From Candidatus Woesearchaeota archaeon (GTDB taxonomy: Archaea > Nanobdellota > Nanobdellia > Pacearchaeales > GW2011-AR1): a stretch of 64,000 nucleotides of DNA. Made by a program: the position numbers and the translations under genes. This document shows positions 55,534-64,000 of the stretch, piece after piece (the stretch's first letter is position 1; every line of letters starts with the position of its first letter). The notes under the pieces are model-generated. The model saw only the letters and a program-made list of their open reading frames with translations, searched no databases and had not been told where the DNA came from. The stretch covers positions 10,450 to 74,449 of the forward strand of contig CAZQLD010000002.1 of NCBI GenBank assembly GCA_964594115.1. Reading direction: 5' to 3'.

Positions 55534-56613
55534 ATGGATGTTAATAATCTTTTGAGGCAAGAAATACAGGAGTTTGAAGATAGGGAGTATGCTCCTAAAA
55601 AGAAAGATTTAGATAAAAAATGTGATTTATCTTTAAATATAAACCCCTTAGGAGCTTCTCCTAAAGCTGTTTCTAGGTTAAAGGAGTTTGATTCCAGAAA
55701 ATTAAGTCATTATTATCCTGAAAATATGGAGCTTTTAAGTGAAATTGCTTCTTATGTAAATCTAAATACTAATCAGATAATGCTTGGAGATGGGTGTGAT
55801 GGATGTTTACAAATGATTGCAAGCACATTTATTGATAAAGGAGATGAGGTTATTATTCCTACTCCTACTTTTCATAGATATGAATTTCACGCAAAAATAA
55901 TGGGTGGAGAGCCTATTTTTGTTCCTATGGAAAATTTTGAATTAAATCCAGAACATATATTTAATAAGGTTACTGAAAAGACTAAAATTTTATTCTTGTG
56001 TAACCCAAATAATCCTACAGGAATAGGAATAAGTAAGGGGGTAAAAGAAGAGGTAATAAAGAATTTTAAGGGGATTGTTGTTGTTGATGAAGCTCTTGCA
56101 GATGCAACTGGGATAAATGGGGCTTCATTATTAGAAAAATATGATAATCTTATCGTTGCGAGATCTTTTTCTAAGACTTTTGGATTAGCATCTCTTAGAA
56201 TAGGATATATTTTATCAAATCCTAAGATTATTGAGCAAATTAAAAAAACCTCTTCTCCGTTTAGAGTTAATGGTGTTGCCCAAGAGTTATCTATAGAATC
56301 TTTGAGAGATAAAGAACATATTAACAAATCAAAGGAGTATATTGATAAAAACAGAGAGTTTTTAATTTCAAATCTTAATAAAATGGGGTTGAAATGTACT
56401 AAGTCTATTACAGCTAATTTTTTAGTAGATATATCTAAAATTTCTAATGATTCTACAGAGTTTGTAAAGCAGTTTAAAGAAAAAGGAGTATTAGTAACAG
56501 ATGCTAAAGTATTTAGGCTTTCTAAAAATACTTTTGTTAGGGTTTCTGTAGCTAGTGAGGAAGAAAACAAGAAATTTATAGAGATTTTATCAGAAAAATT
56601 AAATAATCTTTAA
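55534..56613 (+). CDS. PLP-dependent aminotransferase, HisC/aromatic (class I-beta) family
   Basis: DLSLNINPLG, CNPNNPTG, VVDEA, RSFSKTFGLASLRIGY, FVRVSV. Confidence 0.88.
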   Translation: MDVNNLLRQEIQEFEDREYAPKKKDLDKKCDLSLNINPLGASPKAVSRLKEFDSRKLSHYYPENMELLSEIASYVNLNTNQIMLGDGCDGCLQMIASTFIDKGDEVIIPTPTFHRYEFHAKIMGGEPIFVPMENFELNPEHIFNKVTEKTKILFLCNPNNPTGIGISKGVKEEVIKNFKGIVVVDEALADATGINGASLLEKYDNLIVARSFSKTFGLASLRIGYILSNPKIIEQIKKTSSPFRVNGVAQELSIESLRDKEHINKSKEYIDKNREFLISNLNKMGLKCTKSITANFLVDISKISNDSTEFVKQFKEKGVLVTDAKVFRLSKNTFVRVSVASEEENKKFIEILSEKLNNL

Positions 56614-57816
56614 TTCTTTCTCACTAACCATCTTTTCTTTACCTGTTTTCATATTCCTTAATTTTATTTTTCCTTTTTTAACTTCTTGTTCTCCAAGAAA
56701 AATCACATAAGGGATTTTTAAGGAATTTGCATATTCAAGTGCTTTTCCTGGTTTTCCATAATAAATCTGACAAGGAATAGAGAGATTTCTTATTTTCTCT
56801 GCTAATGAGATAGCTTTTTTATCCTGGTTTAAAGAGATAATTAGGATTTGTTTTTTTGTAGGATCAATTTTAGTTAATAATGCTAATCTGTCTAAACCAA
56901 AAGAGATTCCTGTTGATTGAACGCCATTAACCATATATGAGCCTCCAGCAGCAGAAATTCCAATTCTTTTTAATTTTTCTACATAGGCTTTAATTTCAAA
57001 GACTGTTCCGTTATAGTATGAAAGGCCTCTTGCAACAAAAGGTGAAAAATTGAATTTAACATTATAGATATTACAATATTCCCTTAGTTTTTTGATTTCA
57101 GAGTAGGCTTTGTATTTTTTAAAATATTTTTCAGGTTTTTTGAAAATTGAAAGAATCTTATCTGCATTGTATTTTTTTAAGCCAGTAGAATATTTTTTTA
57201 AATTCTTTTTTATTTCAGATTCTGGAAGTTTATCAAGTTTATCAATTTCTTTTATAATTTTTATCTTATCTTTTTCTTTAATTCTTAGTTCTTCTAGAAT
57301 TTCATTTAAAAGTTTTCTATTATTAACATTGATTGTGAATGTAATTCTTAGTTTGTTAAATATTTTAGATACTATTTTCAAAATTTCAGCTTCATCTTTT
57401 ATTGTTGAGCCCACTATATCTGCATCACATTGTATAAATTGCCTGAATCTTCCGCTTTTTACAGGCTCGTCTCTGAAAACAGGGCCTATTTGATATCTTC
57501 TGTATGGGAGTTTTTTGTTTTTTGCAAGACGTTTGAGTTGGAATGTAAATTCGTATCTTAAAGCAAGTTTTCTTTTTCCCTTATCTTGAAGTTTAAATAT
57601 GTCACCTACTGCCTCATCATTTTCATTGTTTGATTTAACAAATTTTTCATACTCTATTATGGGTGTTTCAACTGGCTGGAAATTGTAAAGCTGAAAGGTA
57701 TTTTCAATTATATTCCTTATAGCAATTCTTTTGCTTGCTTCAATATCTCTAAATCCTTTTACTGTGCCTAAGACACCGGTGGTTTCTTTAGGCTTCAACT
57801 TCCTTTTATTCACCAT
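56599..57816 (-). CDS. hisS: Histidine--tRNA ligase (compact)
   Basis: VKGFRD, LALRYEFT, YQIGPVFRDE..GRFRQF.QCDAD, ARGLSYY.G.VFE, GISFGLDRL, HGTP anticodon domain. Confidence 0.92.
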   Translation of the reverse strand: MVNKRKLKPKETTGVLGTVKGFRDIEASKRIAIRNIIENTFQLYNFQPVETPIIEYEKFVKSNNENDEAVGDIFKLQDKGKRKLALRYEFTFQLKRLAKNKKLPYRRYQIGPVFRDEPVKSGRFRQFIQCDADIVGSTIKDEAEILKIVSKIFNKLRITFTINVNNRKLLNEILEELRIKEKDKIKIIKEIDKLDKLPESEIKKNLKKYSTGLKKYNADKILSIFKKPEKYFKKYKAYSEIKKLREYCNIYNVKFNFSPFVARGLSYYNGTVFEIKAYVEKLKRIGISAAGGSYMVNGVQSTGISFGLDRLALLTKIDPTKKQILIISLNQDKKAISLAEKIRNLSIPCQIYYGKPGKALEYANSLKIPYVIFLGEQEVKKGKIKLRNMKTGKEKMVSEKELKII

Positions 57817-57838
57817 ATTAATTTGCCTCCTTTTGAAA

Positions 57839-57922
57839 AGCGGAAGGAGAGAATCGAACTCTCGTCTTCAGGATTTTGCGGGATTCCACAACCTGACATT
57901 CTGCCACTAAACTACATCCGCC
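57839..57922 (-). tRNA. tRNA-His(GTG) with encoded G-1, U73 and 12-nt intron (57874-57885)
   Basis: G-GCGGATG/CTTCCGC-T; TCAGG-TTGTGG|T-CCTGA; splice helix TTGT/GCAA; T arm GAGAG-TTCGATT-CTCTC. Confidence 0.9.
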
Positions 57923-58073
57923 ATATTTATCTCTAAACAAAGAGAGTATAAAAATGTTTTTTATGTTAGAATTTGGAAAGCTTAAGCTAAGAAAATCTGT
58001 TCCGCCCTCAATGGGGAAACCTCCGATATAATTTGCTTTCCATAATCCAGTTTATATTTTAAGCTTTTTAAAT

Positions 58074-58511
58074 TTATCCCTTGCTATATAAACCTACTAA
58101 TTCTGCTTTTTCTATGGTATGCCCTTGCATCGCAGCTTCTAGCTGTTTTTTTGTAGAACCTTCTTTTAAGTCCAGTTCTGTGTCTAAAGCATAAATTTTA
58201 AAGAAATATCTGTGAGTCCCACTTGGAGGACAAGGGCCCCCATAACCCAAAGTTCCAAAATCACTTGTTCCTTCAAGACCTATTTTTACATTTTCCTTTA
58301 TGCTTTCCATTGTTCCTGAAAAAGGAATATTCCACACAACCCAGTGAACCCAGGTTCCTGAGGGAGCATCAGGGTCATCTGCAATTAATGCCAAACTCTT
58401 TGCATTTACAGGAATTCCGCTTATTTCTAAAGGCGGAGAAACATTTTCACCATCACAAGTATATTTACTTGGAATAGCTTCATTGTTTAAAAATACTGAT
58501 TTGATTTGCAT
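58074..58511 (-). CDS. YbhB/YbcL (PEBP/RKIP-like) protein
   Basis: YTCDG..VSPPL, DDPDAP.GTWVHW, YGGPCPPSGTHRYFF..YALD. Confidence 0.93.
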   Translation of the reverse strand: MQIKSVFLNNEAIPSKYTCDGENVSPPLEISGIPVNAKSLALIADDPDAPSGTWVHWVVWNIPFSGTMESIKENVKIGLEGTSDFGTLGYGGPCPPSGTHRYFFKIYALDTELDLKEGSTKKQLEAAMQGHTIEKAELVGLYSKG

Positions 58512-58552
58512 TTTTTATGTTTTTATTGAGATTTTAGGATATTAAAATTTTT

Positions 58553-58768
58553 CTAATTAATTATTCTTTTTAGTAAGAAATCATATACATCTGCTTCTAA
58601 TTTTGCTGATTGAACTGACATAGAATATATTTGGATACTCTTTTGACTAGCTCTTTTACATTGTTCATACCTCTTCTTCATTGCTTGCAACAAGCACATT
58701 CTATTCTCTGCACTAGCTCTTTTTTCTACAAGCTCTGATTCACTTAATTCACCTAATGTTCTAATCAT
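58553..58768 (-). CDS. Small hypothetical coiled-coil protein
   Basis: ORF with TATA box. Confidence 0.4.
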   Translation of the reverse strand: MIRTLGELSESELVEKRASAENRMCLLQAMKKRYEQCKRASQKSIQIYSMSVQSAKLEADVYDFLLKRIIN

Positions 58769-58818
58769 TATATTCAATTAGCGAATATATTTATAAATAT
58801 TTATGTTTTAGAGAAGTT

Positions 58819-59433
58819 ATGGCAAGATTTAAGTTTTATGCTTTATGGTTATGTCTTATTTGTATAGGTGTTTTTATTTTGCAAATTAGTTTTACGGGAT
58901 TTACAGAGTTGTTTATCTTAAATCAAAATAGTTTTAGTGAGTTTTGGAGATTTTTAACAGCTATTTTTCTGCATGCAGATGTTGTTCATTTATTGTATAA
59001 TTTATTTGCTTTAGCTTTATTTGGAAGTATTTTAGAGAAGTTTATTGGAGGAAAGAAGTTTTTATTGATTTTCTTTTTATCGGGAATCTTTGCAAGTCTT
59101 ATAGCAGTTAATTTTTATCCTTCGTCACTTGGTGCATCAGGAGCGGTTTATGGTATTTTAGGATGTTTAGCTATAATTAGGCCAAAAATGATGGTTTGGG
59201 CATTTGGTTTTCCAATGCCCATGTTTATTGCAGCAATTTTATGGACTCTAGGAAGTGTTTTAGGAGTTTTTATGCCAAGTAATATAGGGCATATTGCCCA
59301 TTTGTCTGGAATTTTAGTAGGATTTTTATTTGGTATTTTTCTTAGACAAAAAAGAAAAATAAGAAGGGAGAAAATCAGAATTCCTGAAACTTATATGAGA
59401 GAGTGGGAAAGGAGATATATGAGGACTAGATAA
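58819..59433 (+). CDS. Rhomboid intramembrane serine protease
   Basis: WRFLTAIFLHAD..HL..N, GASGAVYG, IGHIAHLSG. Confidence 0.93.
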   Translation: MARFKFYALWLCLICIGVFILQISFTGFTELFILNQNSFSEFWRFLTAIFLHADVVHLLYNLFALALFGSILEKFIGGKKFLLIFFLSGIFASLIAVNFYPSSLGASGAVYGILGCLAIIRPKMMVWAFGFPMPMFIAAILWTLGSVLGVFMPSNIGHIAHLSGILVGFLFGIFLRQKRKIRREKIRIPETYMREWERRYMRTR

Positions 59434-59773
59434 AGTCATATGTATCTTTAATTCCTGTTGACATTTCTCTAGCAAGATATATTTTGGGATCTAGTTTATA
59501 ATTATGAGAGGTAATGGGGTAATAATCTTTGTAAGGACCAGTAGTTTGTTGGTGAGTAAGGTTTAATTCACTAGTCAATCTTCCTATAGCTGGGCTGTAT
59601 GCTCCTTCTGTTAAAGAACCTACACTAATTTCATCATCATGAAGTCTTCTATAGTATTGCTTTTTTTCTCCTCTGTTTTGAGAATATTTAGGATATTTTC
59701 TTAGAGGCGTAACTCTTCTCTTTCTCCTGTGTCTTTTAGGCCTCCTCTTTTTTTTAATAATTCCCTTGGTCAT
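59426..59773 (-). CDS. Hypothetical basic protein
   Basis: ORF with Arg/Lys-rich N-terminus. Confidence 0.4.
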   Translation of the reverse strand: MTKGIIKKKRRPKRHRRKRRVTPLRKYPKYSQNRGEKKQYYRRLHDDEISVGSLTEGAYSPAIGRLTSELNLTHQQTTGPYKDYYPITSHNYKLDPKIYLAREMSTGIKDTYDFI

Positions 59774-59854
59774 GTTTTTATATAGAAAAATGGTTTTTAA
59801 TCTTTGTTATTCTGCATTATAAACTTTTAAAAACTAGTTTTTCCTTTTTTTACT

Positions 59855-61042
59855 ATGGTTATTTTCACTAGAAAAAAAGAGGATTTGATATTAACCAGGA
59901 TTGGAAAGTTATGTTTTGTTAGTTTTATATCAGCCATAGCTTTTTCTTTTGTGACAACAATTTTTGCTGTTTACTTAGACAGTTTTTTTAATAATGCTGT
60001 TATTGTTGGTTTAGTTTCAACTTTTTTTACAGTTATTGCAATGGTTTCATATTTTTTATTTATACCGCTAATAGAAAGATTTGATAAAGAAAAAATATAT
60101 GTCTTGTCTCTTCTGGTTTTTGCTATAACTTATGCTTTGTTTGCAATAAATACAAGTATTATGGGTTTGGTTATTATTGGCATTTTTTTGTTTGTTGCAG
60201 GAGCTTTTAGAGTTACGAGTTTTGGTATAATTATTAAGAATAAGTCACCAAGGAGAAAGTTATCAAGAAACGAGGGCCTTGTCTATACTTTTGCTAATAC
60301 ATCTTGGATTATTGGGCCTCTAATTGCAGGGATAGTGGCTGCAAAATATGGGATAAGAAGTATGTTTGTTATTTCTGCTATTATTATTTTAATAGTAATT
60401 TTTATTTTTAGCTCATCAGGAATAAAGGACCATAAAATAAAAAAGAGAGTGGATAAAAGTGTCTATAAGAATTTTGTTGATTTTTTTAAAAATAAGGATA
60501 GGGTGATGGCTTATGTTTTAAGGGGGGGAGTGAGTTTCTGGTGGATACTTATTTATTTATATGCCCCACTATATATAATAAGACAGGGTTTAGGGATAGA
60601 ATGGGTTGGGTACTTTCTATTCGCAGTCCCGATTCCTTTGATTCTTCTTGAGTATAAATTTTCAAAGATAGCTGAGAAAACTGGCTTTAAGAAAATGTTT
60701 AAAATCGGTTATTTAATAACCTTTATTTTCTGTTTATTGTGTTTTTTTGTCTCAAATATTTTTGCAATTTTTGCTTTTGTAATACTTGCCTCTATAGGGA
60801 TGGCTATGCTTGAGCCAACAACAGAAGCTTATTTCTTTGATATTTGCAAAGGAAAACAAGATTTAAGGTTCTATGGCCCATTTAATACGGCCTTGGATTC
60901 TGGAAAATTATTGGGAAAGATACTTCCAGCATTAGTCCTTTTGGTTTTGCCATTTAACTATACTTTCTTGTTATTTGGTATAATTATGTTCTTTTTATTC
61001 TTGTTATCTTTTAGATTAAGAGATGTAATTGAAAGAAAGTGA
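59855..61042 (+). CDS. MFS transporter
   Basis: About 12 TMs; IGPLIAG motif; loop motif KIAEKTG.KK. Confidence 0.88.
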   Translation: MVIFTRKKEDLILTRIGKLCFVSFISAIAFSFVTTIFAVYLDSFFNNAVIVGLVSTFFTVIAMVSYFLFIPLIERFDKEKIYVLSLLVFAITYALFAINTSIMGLVIIGIFLFVAGAFRVTSFGIIIKNKSPRRKLSRNEGLVYTFANTSWIIGPLIAGIVAAKYGIRSMFVISAIIILIVIFIFSSSGIKDHKIKKRVDKSVYKNFVDFFKNKDRVMAYVLRGGVSFWWILIYLYAPLYIIRQGLGIEWVGYFLFAVPIPLILLEYKFSKIAEKTGFKKMFKIGYLITFIFCLLCFFVSNIFAIFAFVILASIGMAMLEPTTEAYFFDICKGKQDLRFYGPFNTALDSGKLLGKILPALVLLVLPFNYTFLLFGIIMFFLFLLSFRLRDVIERK

Positions 61043-61144
61043 GGAAAGAGGAGAAAGGCTGAGTGAAACTGGTTTCAAACAAATCTTTAAAAAGGGTTTC
61101 TTTTTGAATTTTTTATGAAAGTGAAAAACCTTTTATAAAATTTT

Positions 61145-61546
61145 TTATCGAATTACCCAGGTTTGGACTATAATCACTATAATAGCTATAATGCTTATAA
61201 TTCCTTTAATAGCAAGAAAAGCTGGATTATTTATTCTTATGAAGGGGAAACTGAATATTCCTGCAACAATAGCGATGATTCCTATAATTACTGTTGTGAG
61301 GTGAGTGAAGTTATTTGAGTTCATGCCTTTTTCAATTGATTTTAGTCTTCTTACTTTTGATTCTAAAATCAATCCCACACCTATTATTAACATTAATAGA
61401 GATTCTATGTACTGGCTTAAGTCGTATTCAAATATAGTCTGGCTTACAATTCCTAGAAATCCAAGGATACTTACAATAGATAATGCACTAACAAACTTCT
61501 GAGAAATTTTTACTTTTCCACTCTTTTCATTCACTTCTTTTTCCAT
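61145..61546 (-). CDS. Hypothetical membrane protein (4 TM)
   Basis: Hydrophobic pattern. Confidence 0.6.
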   Translation of the reverse strand: MEKEVNEKSGKVKISQKFVSALSIVSILGFLGIVSQTIFEYDLSQYIESLLMLIIGVGLILESKVRRLKSIEKGMNSNNFTHLTTVIIGIIAIVAGIFSFPFIRINNPAFLAIKGIISIIAIIVIIVQTWVIR

Positions 61547-61648
61547 ATATTCCTATAAACTTATTCTTTATAAACTTATTCTATTAAGATTCAACAAAGA
61601 TTATTTAAGAAGAATTTATAAATAAGTTTTTCTTAATTTTTATATAAA

Positions 61649-62113
61649 ATGGGTGATATAATAGATTTTAAGTATTTAAAAAAGTTTTGTGATAGGAAAT
61701 TAATTAGAAGATTTAAGGATATGAGAGATTCTTATAAAAATCCAGAAAGGATAAAAGGCAATCCCTTGATTTATATTGTTTATATAAAGGACCTGGGCAA
61801 CTTTGAAAGTGGATTAACTGTTATTGAGCCAGGGGCAATAAATAAAGAGTTCTTTATGACAAAAGGGCACAGGCATAAAAAACCGACAAAAGAGCTGTAT
61901 TTTTTAATAAAAGGAAAAGGAAAACTATTAATTGAAGATAAAAAAATTAAGATTTTTAATTTGAAAAAAAATAAGTTATATGTGGTTTCTGGAACTTCAG
62001 GACATAGGCTAATTAATTCAGGAAATAAAAAATTAGAGGTTTTAACTATTTATAGTAAAGATGCTGGGCATGATTATAATTTTAGGTTTAAAAAAAGAGT
62101 GTTTAAAAAATAA
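61649..62113 (+). CDS. Cupin-type glucose-6-phosphate isomerase
   Basis: TVIEPG....EFFMTKGH.H....E.Y....G.G...GHRLINSG...DAGHDY. Confidence 0.85.
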   Translation: MGDIIDFKYLKKFCDRKLIRRFKDMRDSYKNPERIKGNPLIYIVYIKDLGNFESGLTVIEPGAINKEFFMTKGHRHKKPTKELYFLIKGKGKLLIEDKKIKIFNLKKNKLYVVSGTSGHRLINSGNKKLEVLTIYSKDAGHDYNFRFKKRVFKK

Positions 62114-62114
62114 A

Positions 62115-63251
62115 ATGGATTTAATTAAGAAGAGCATTCAAGTGTTGAAAAAACTGCAATTGAAAAACGGAGGAATTTTGTCTACCCCCTTGAACGGAGC
62201 TTATCCTTATGTTTATACAAGAGATGGTGTTATAATGACCCTTGCTTTAAATTCTGTTGGGTTATGTAAAAACTCAGAGAAATTTTATTATTTTATTAGG
62301 AAATTCAGTAAAATAGAAGATTATAAAGAAATATTTCAAAGGTACAATGTAAATGGCTGGCCGTGCGTCACAAGGAAAGATGAAAATGATAATGAGGGTT
62401 TATTATTGCATGGTCTGTATGATACATATTTACATAATAAGAAAGAAACTTTTATTGCAAATATGTGGTCTATGGTAGAAGGGGTTGTTGGATTAATTTA
62501 TTCTTATTCAAAGACAGGGCTTATAAAAACAGAAAGGAGCATACATGAGTTTTATAGATTAGAAAATGGATATGATATTTGGGCAAATTGTGCATGTTTA
62601 AGAGGGTTAAAAGATGCCATAGAAATAGCAAAAGTATTAAACCATACTGAAGAGAGCAGGAAATGGAACAAAAAAGCAAAATTATTAGAAAAAAACATTA
62701 AGAATAAACTGTTTAATAAAAAACTTGGGATTTTTATGAAAAATACTAGGTTTCCTAAAATTCCTGATATGTCTCAGCTTGCACCTTTTTATTTTAATCT
62801 TGTAAACTCCAAAAGAATACTTAGGAAGACTATGGACCATCTTAGGAAGCATATTTTTGATGAAGAGACAGGGGGTTTCAGAAGGTTTAGGAAGTTTGAA
62901 ATTTGTAAGGATTGGCATTGGTATACTGGTGGTTCTGGTTCTTGGGTTGCATTAACGTGCTGGGCTGCGAAGTTCTATAAGCAGTTAGGGAATAGAGAAA
63001 AGTATAGGGAATCTGTTAAATGGTTAAATGAAATAGCTTCTAAATCAAAGGGTATGCTTCCAGAGCATATAGCTACGAAAGCAGAATATGAGGATTGGAA
63101 AGCCCATGAAATAGAATTTAATTCAAGGATAATTAACGAGACAAAAAAAGCAGAGAAAACAATTAAGAGTTTTAAGGACAAAAAGATTATTTATTGGGCA
63201 ACTCCTCTTGGTTGGAGCCATGCTGAATATATTTTATTGCACGAAAGTTAA
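62115..63251 (+). CDS. Glycoside hydrolase family 15-like (alpha/alpha)6 protein
   Basis: YPYVYTRDG, SIHE, W...TCW.A, G.LPEH, ATPLGWSHAEY. Confidence 0.82.
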   Translation: MDLIKKSIQVLKKLQLKNGGILSTPLNGAYPYVYTRDGVIMTLALNSVGLCKNSEKFYYFIRKFSKIEDYKEIFQRYNVNGWPCVTRKDENDNEGLLLHGLYDTYLHNKKETFIANMWSMVEGVVGLIYSYSKTGLIKTERSIHEFYRLENGYDIWANCACLRGLKDAIEIAKVLNHTEESRKWNKKAKLLEKNIKNKLFNKKLGIFMKNTRFPKIPDMSQLAPFYFNLVNSKRILRKTMDHLRKHIFDEETGGFRRFRKFEICKDWHWYTGGSGSWVALTCWAAKFYKQLGNREKYRESVKWLNEIASKSKGMLPEHIATKAEYEDWKAHEIEFNSRIINETKKAEKTIKSFKDKKIIYWATPLGWSHAEYILLHES

Positions 63252-63622
63252 GTAATAGGATAAGAGCTATTCTTCAATTTTTCCAATCCTTTTGATGTTA
63301 GATAACCTGAAAAAGCATTTTTCTGACGACTACTCCAAGTTAGTTCAAATTCTTCATCTAAATCCTTAATAATTTGCGTCTTTATAATTTCATTTAAAGT
63401 GTCATTTTCTGTATTTATCCATATTCCGATATCAATTGTTTTATCCTCTACAGTCAAAGCCTTTAGTACAGAAGATTCTACTGTTACGTTACCATAATTT
63501 GTGAACTCTCTTCCTGCGATAACAAATGTCTCATTATTTTCTTGAGCAATAGTTAAGTTAATATTTATAATCATAATTAAAACTAAAATTCCAAATATCA
63601 TCATTTTCTCTTTATTTTTCAT
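63248..63622 (-). CDS. Secreted protein resembling an isolated subtilase propeptide (I9-like); possible truncated protease
   Basis: Signal peptide; ends NAFSGYLTSKGLEKLKNS and stops at the GH15 gene end. Confidence 0.45.
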   Translation of the reverse strand: MKNKEKMMIFGILVLIMIININLTIAQENNETFVIAGREFTNYGNVTVESSVLKALTVEDKTIDIGIWINTENDTLNEIIKTQIIKDLDEEFELTWSSRQKNAFSGYLTSKGLEKLKNSSYPIT

Positions 63623-63901
63623 TTTACGCTTAAAGCCACTAAAGCTATAGAAAATATTATTTTTCTATATTCTCTTTAACAAACCTATTTATTTAAATTT
63701 ATTCATTTTATTTATAATAAAGAATCTAGATATTCTTAACCCTCCTTAAACAACCACAACATCATTGGCATAACTTCTTCATTCTTCAGCTTTTTAATTT
63801 CTTTCATTAGGTCTTCAAAGCTTCTAAAGAATGCTAACCTATAAGAAAAGTTTTCCCGCTTTTCTTTAAGCTGGGAATCTTAAAACAAAACATTTAAATA
63901 G

Positions 63902-63919
63902 TAATATCAATTGATATTA
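63902..63919. promoter_or_regulatory. Perfect 18-bp palindrome (operator-like) between TATA and ATG
   Basis: TAATATCAATTGATATTA. Confidence 0.55.
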
Positions 63920-63924
63920 TTACT

Positions 63925-64000
63925 ATGGAAACGAAAATCATTCGCAAAAAAAGTTATATGGAAAACAACGAGATAGCTAGAAGCCCTACTCTTCAGACTG
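63925..64000 (+). CDS. Partial CDS running off the window edge (METKIIRKKSYMENNEIARSPTLQT...)
   Basis: ATG about 31 nt after TTTAAA; frame open to the window end. Confidence 0.5.
   Translation, partial: METKIIRKKSYMENNEIARSPTLQT

Noticed and set aside
55887..56570. 227-aa minus-strand ORF
   Set aside because: Antisense to the well-supported aminotransferase; no motifs.
55534..57922. Histidine operon (hisC-hisS-tRNA-His)
   Set aside because: The aminotransferase is convergent with hisS, no other his genes are present, and its leader has Trp rather than His codons.
61060..61140. TGAAAC-TG-GTTTCA palindrome with a CRISPR-like GTTTCAAAC
   Set aside because: Single copy, no spacers and no cas genes; no CRISPR array was seen anywhere in the window.
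1..64000. Integrase, transposase, prophage, or DGR reverse transcriptase
   Set aside because: No such catalytic motifs were recognised in any ORF, and the repeats in the giant gene lack adenine-specific variation.

Overview
AT-rich archaeal chromosome segment, most consistent with a DPANN lineage (Pacearchaeota/Woesearchaeota-like). This rests on archaeal informational genes (rpo7, spt4, rps24e, rps27ae, rnp3, archaeal pheS/pheT, scpA), TATA-type leaderless promoters, intron-containing tRNAs, many ORFans and large surface proteins; the taxonomy is inferred, not searched. Five tRNAs are present: Gln-CTG, Glu-CTC with a 100-nt intron, Thr-GGT with an intron, Trp-CCA, and His-GTG with an intron. 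The most striking region is 49259-56613, a tryptophan-themed cluster. It holds four class Ic aminoacyl-tRNA-synthetase-family genes (two TrpRS-like and two highly divergent paralogs), an M28-fold protein lacking its metal ligands, and a yeast-type chorismate mutase. A divergent PLP aminotransferase is preceded by a promoter-aligned 17-aa leader peptide ending in Trp-Trp-Trp and a T-tract. Other highlights are an 11-kb surface-protein gene fused to a cytoplasmic HerA/VirB4-like ATPase, non-canonical tRNA-Trp and tRNA-His, and a candidate sRNA that begins with an anti-Shine-Dalgarno sequence. All calls come from reading motifs by eye; no database searches were run.
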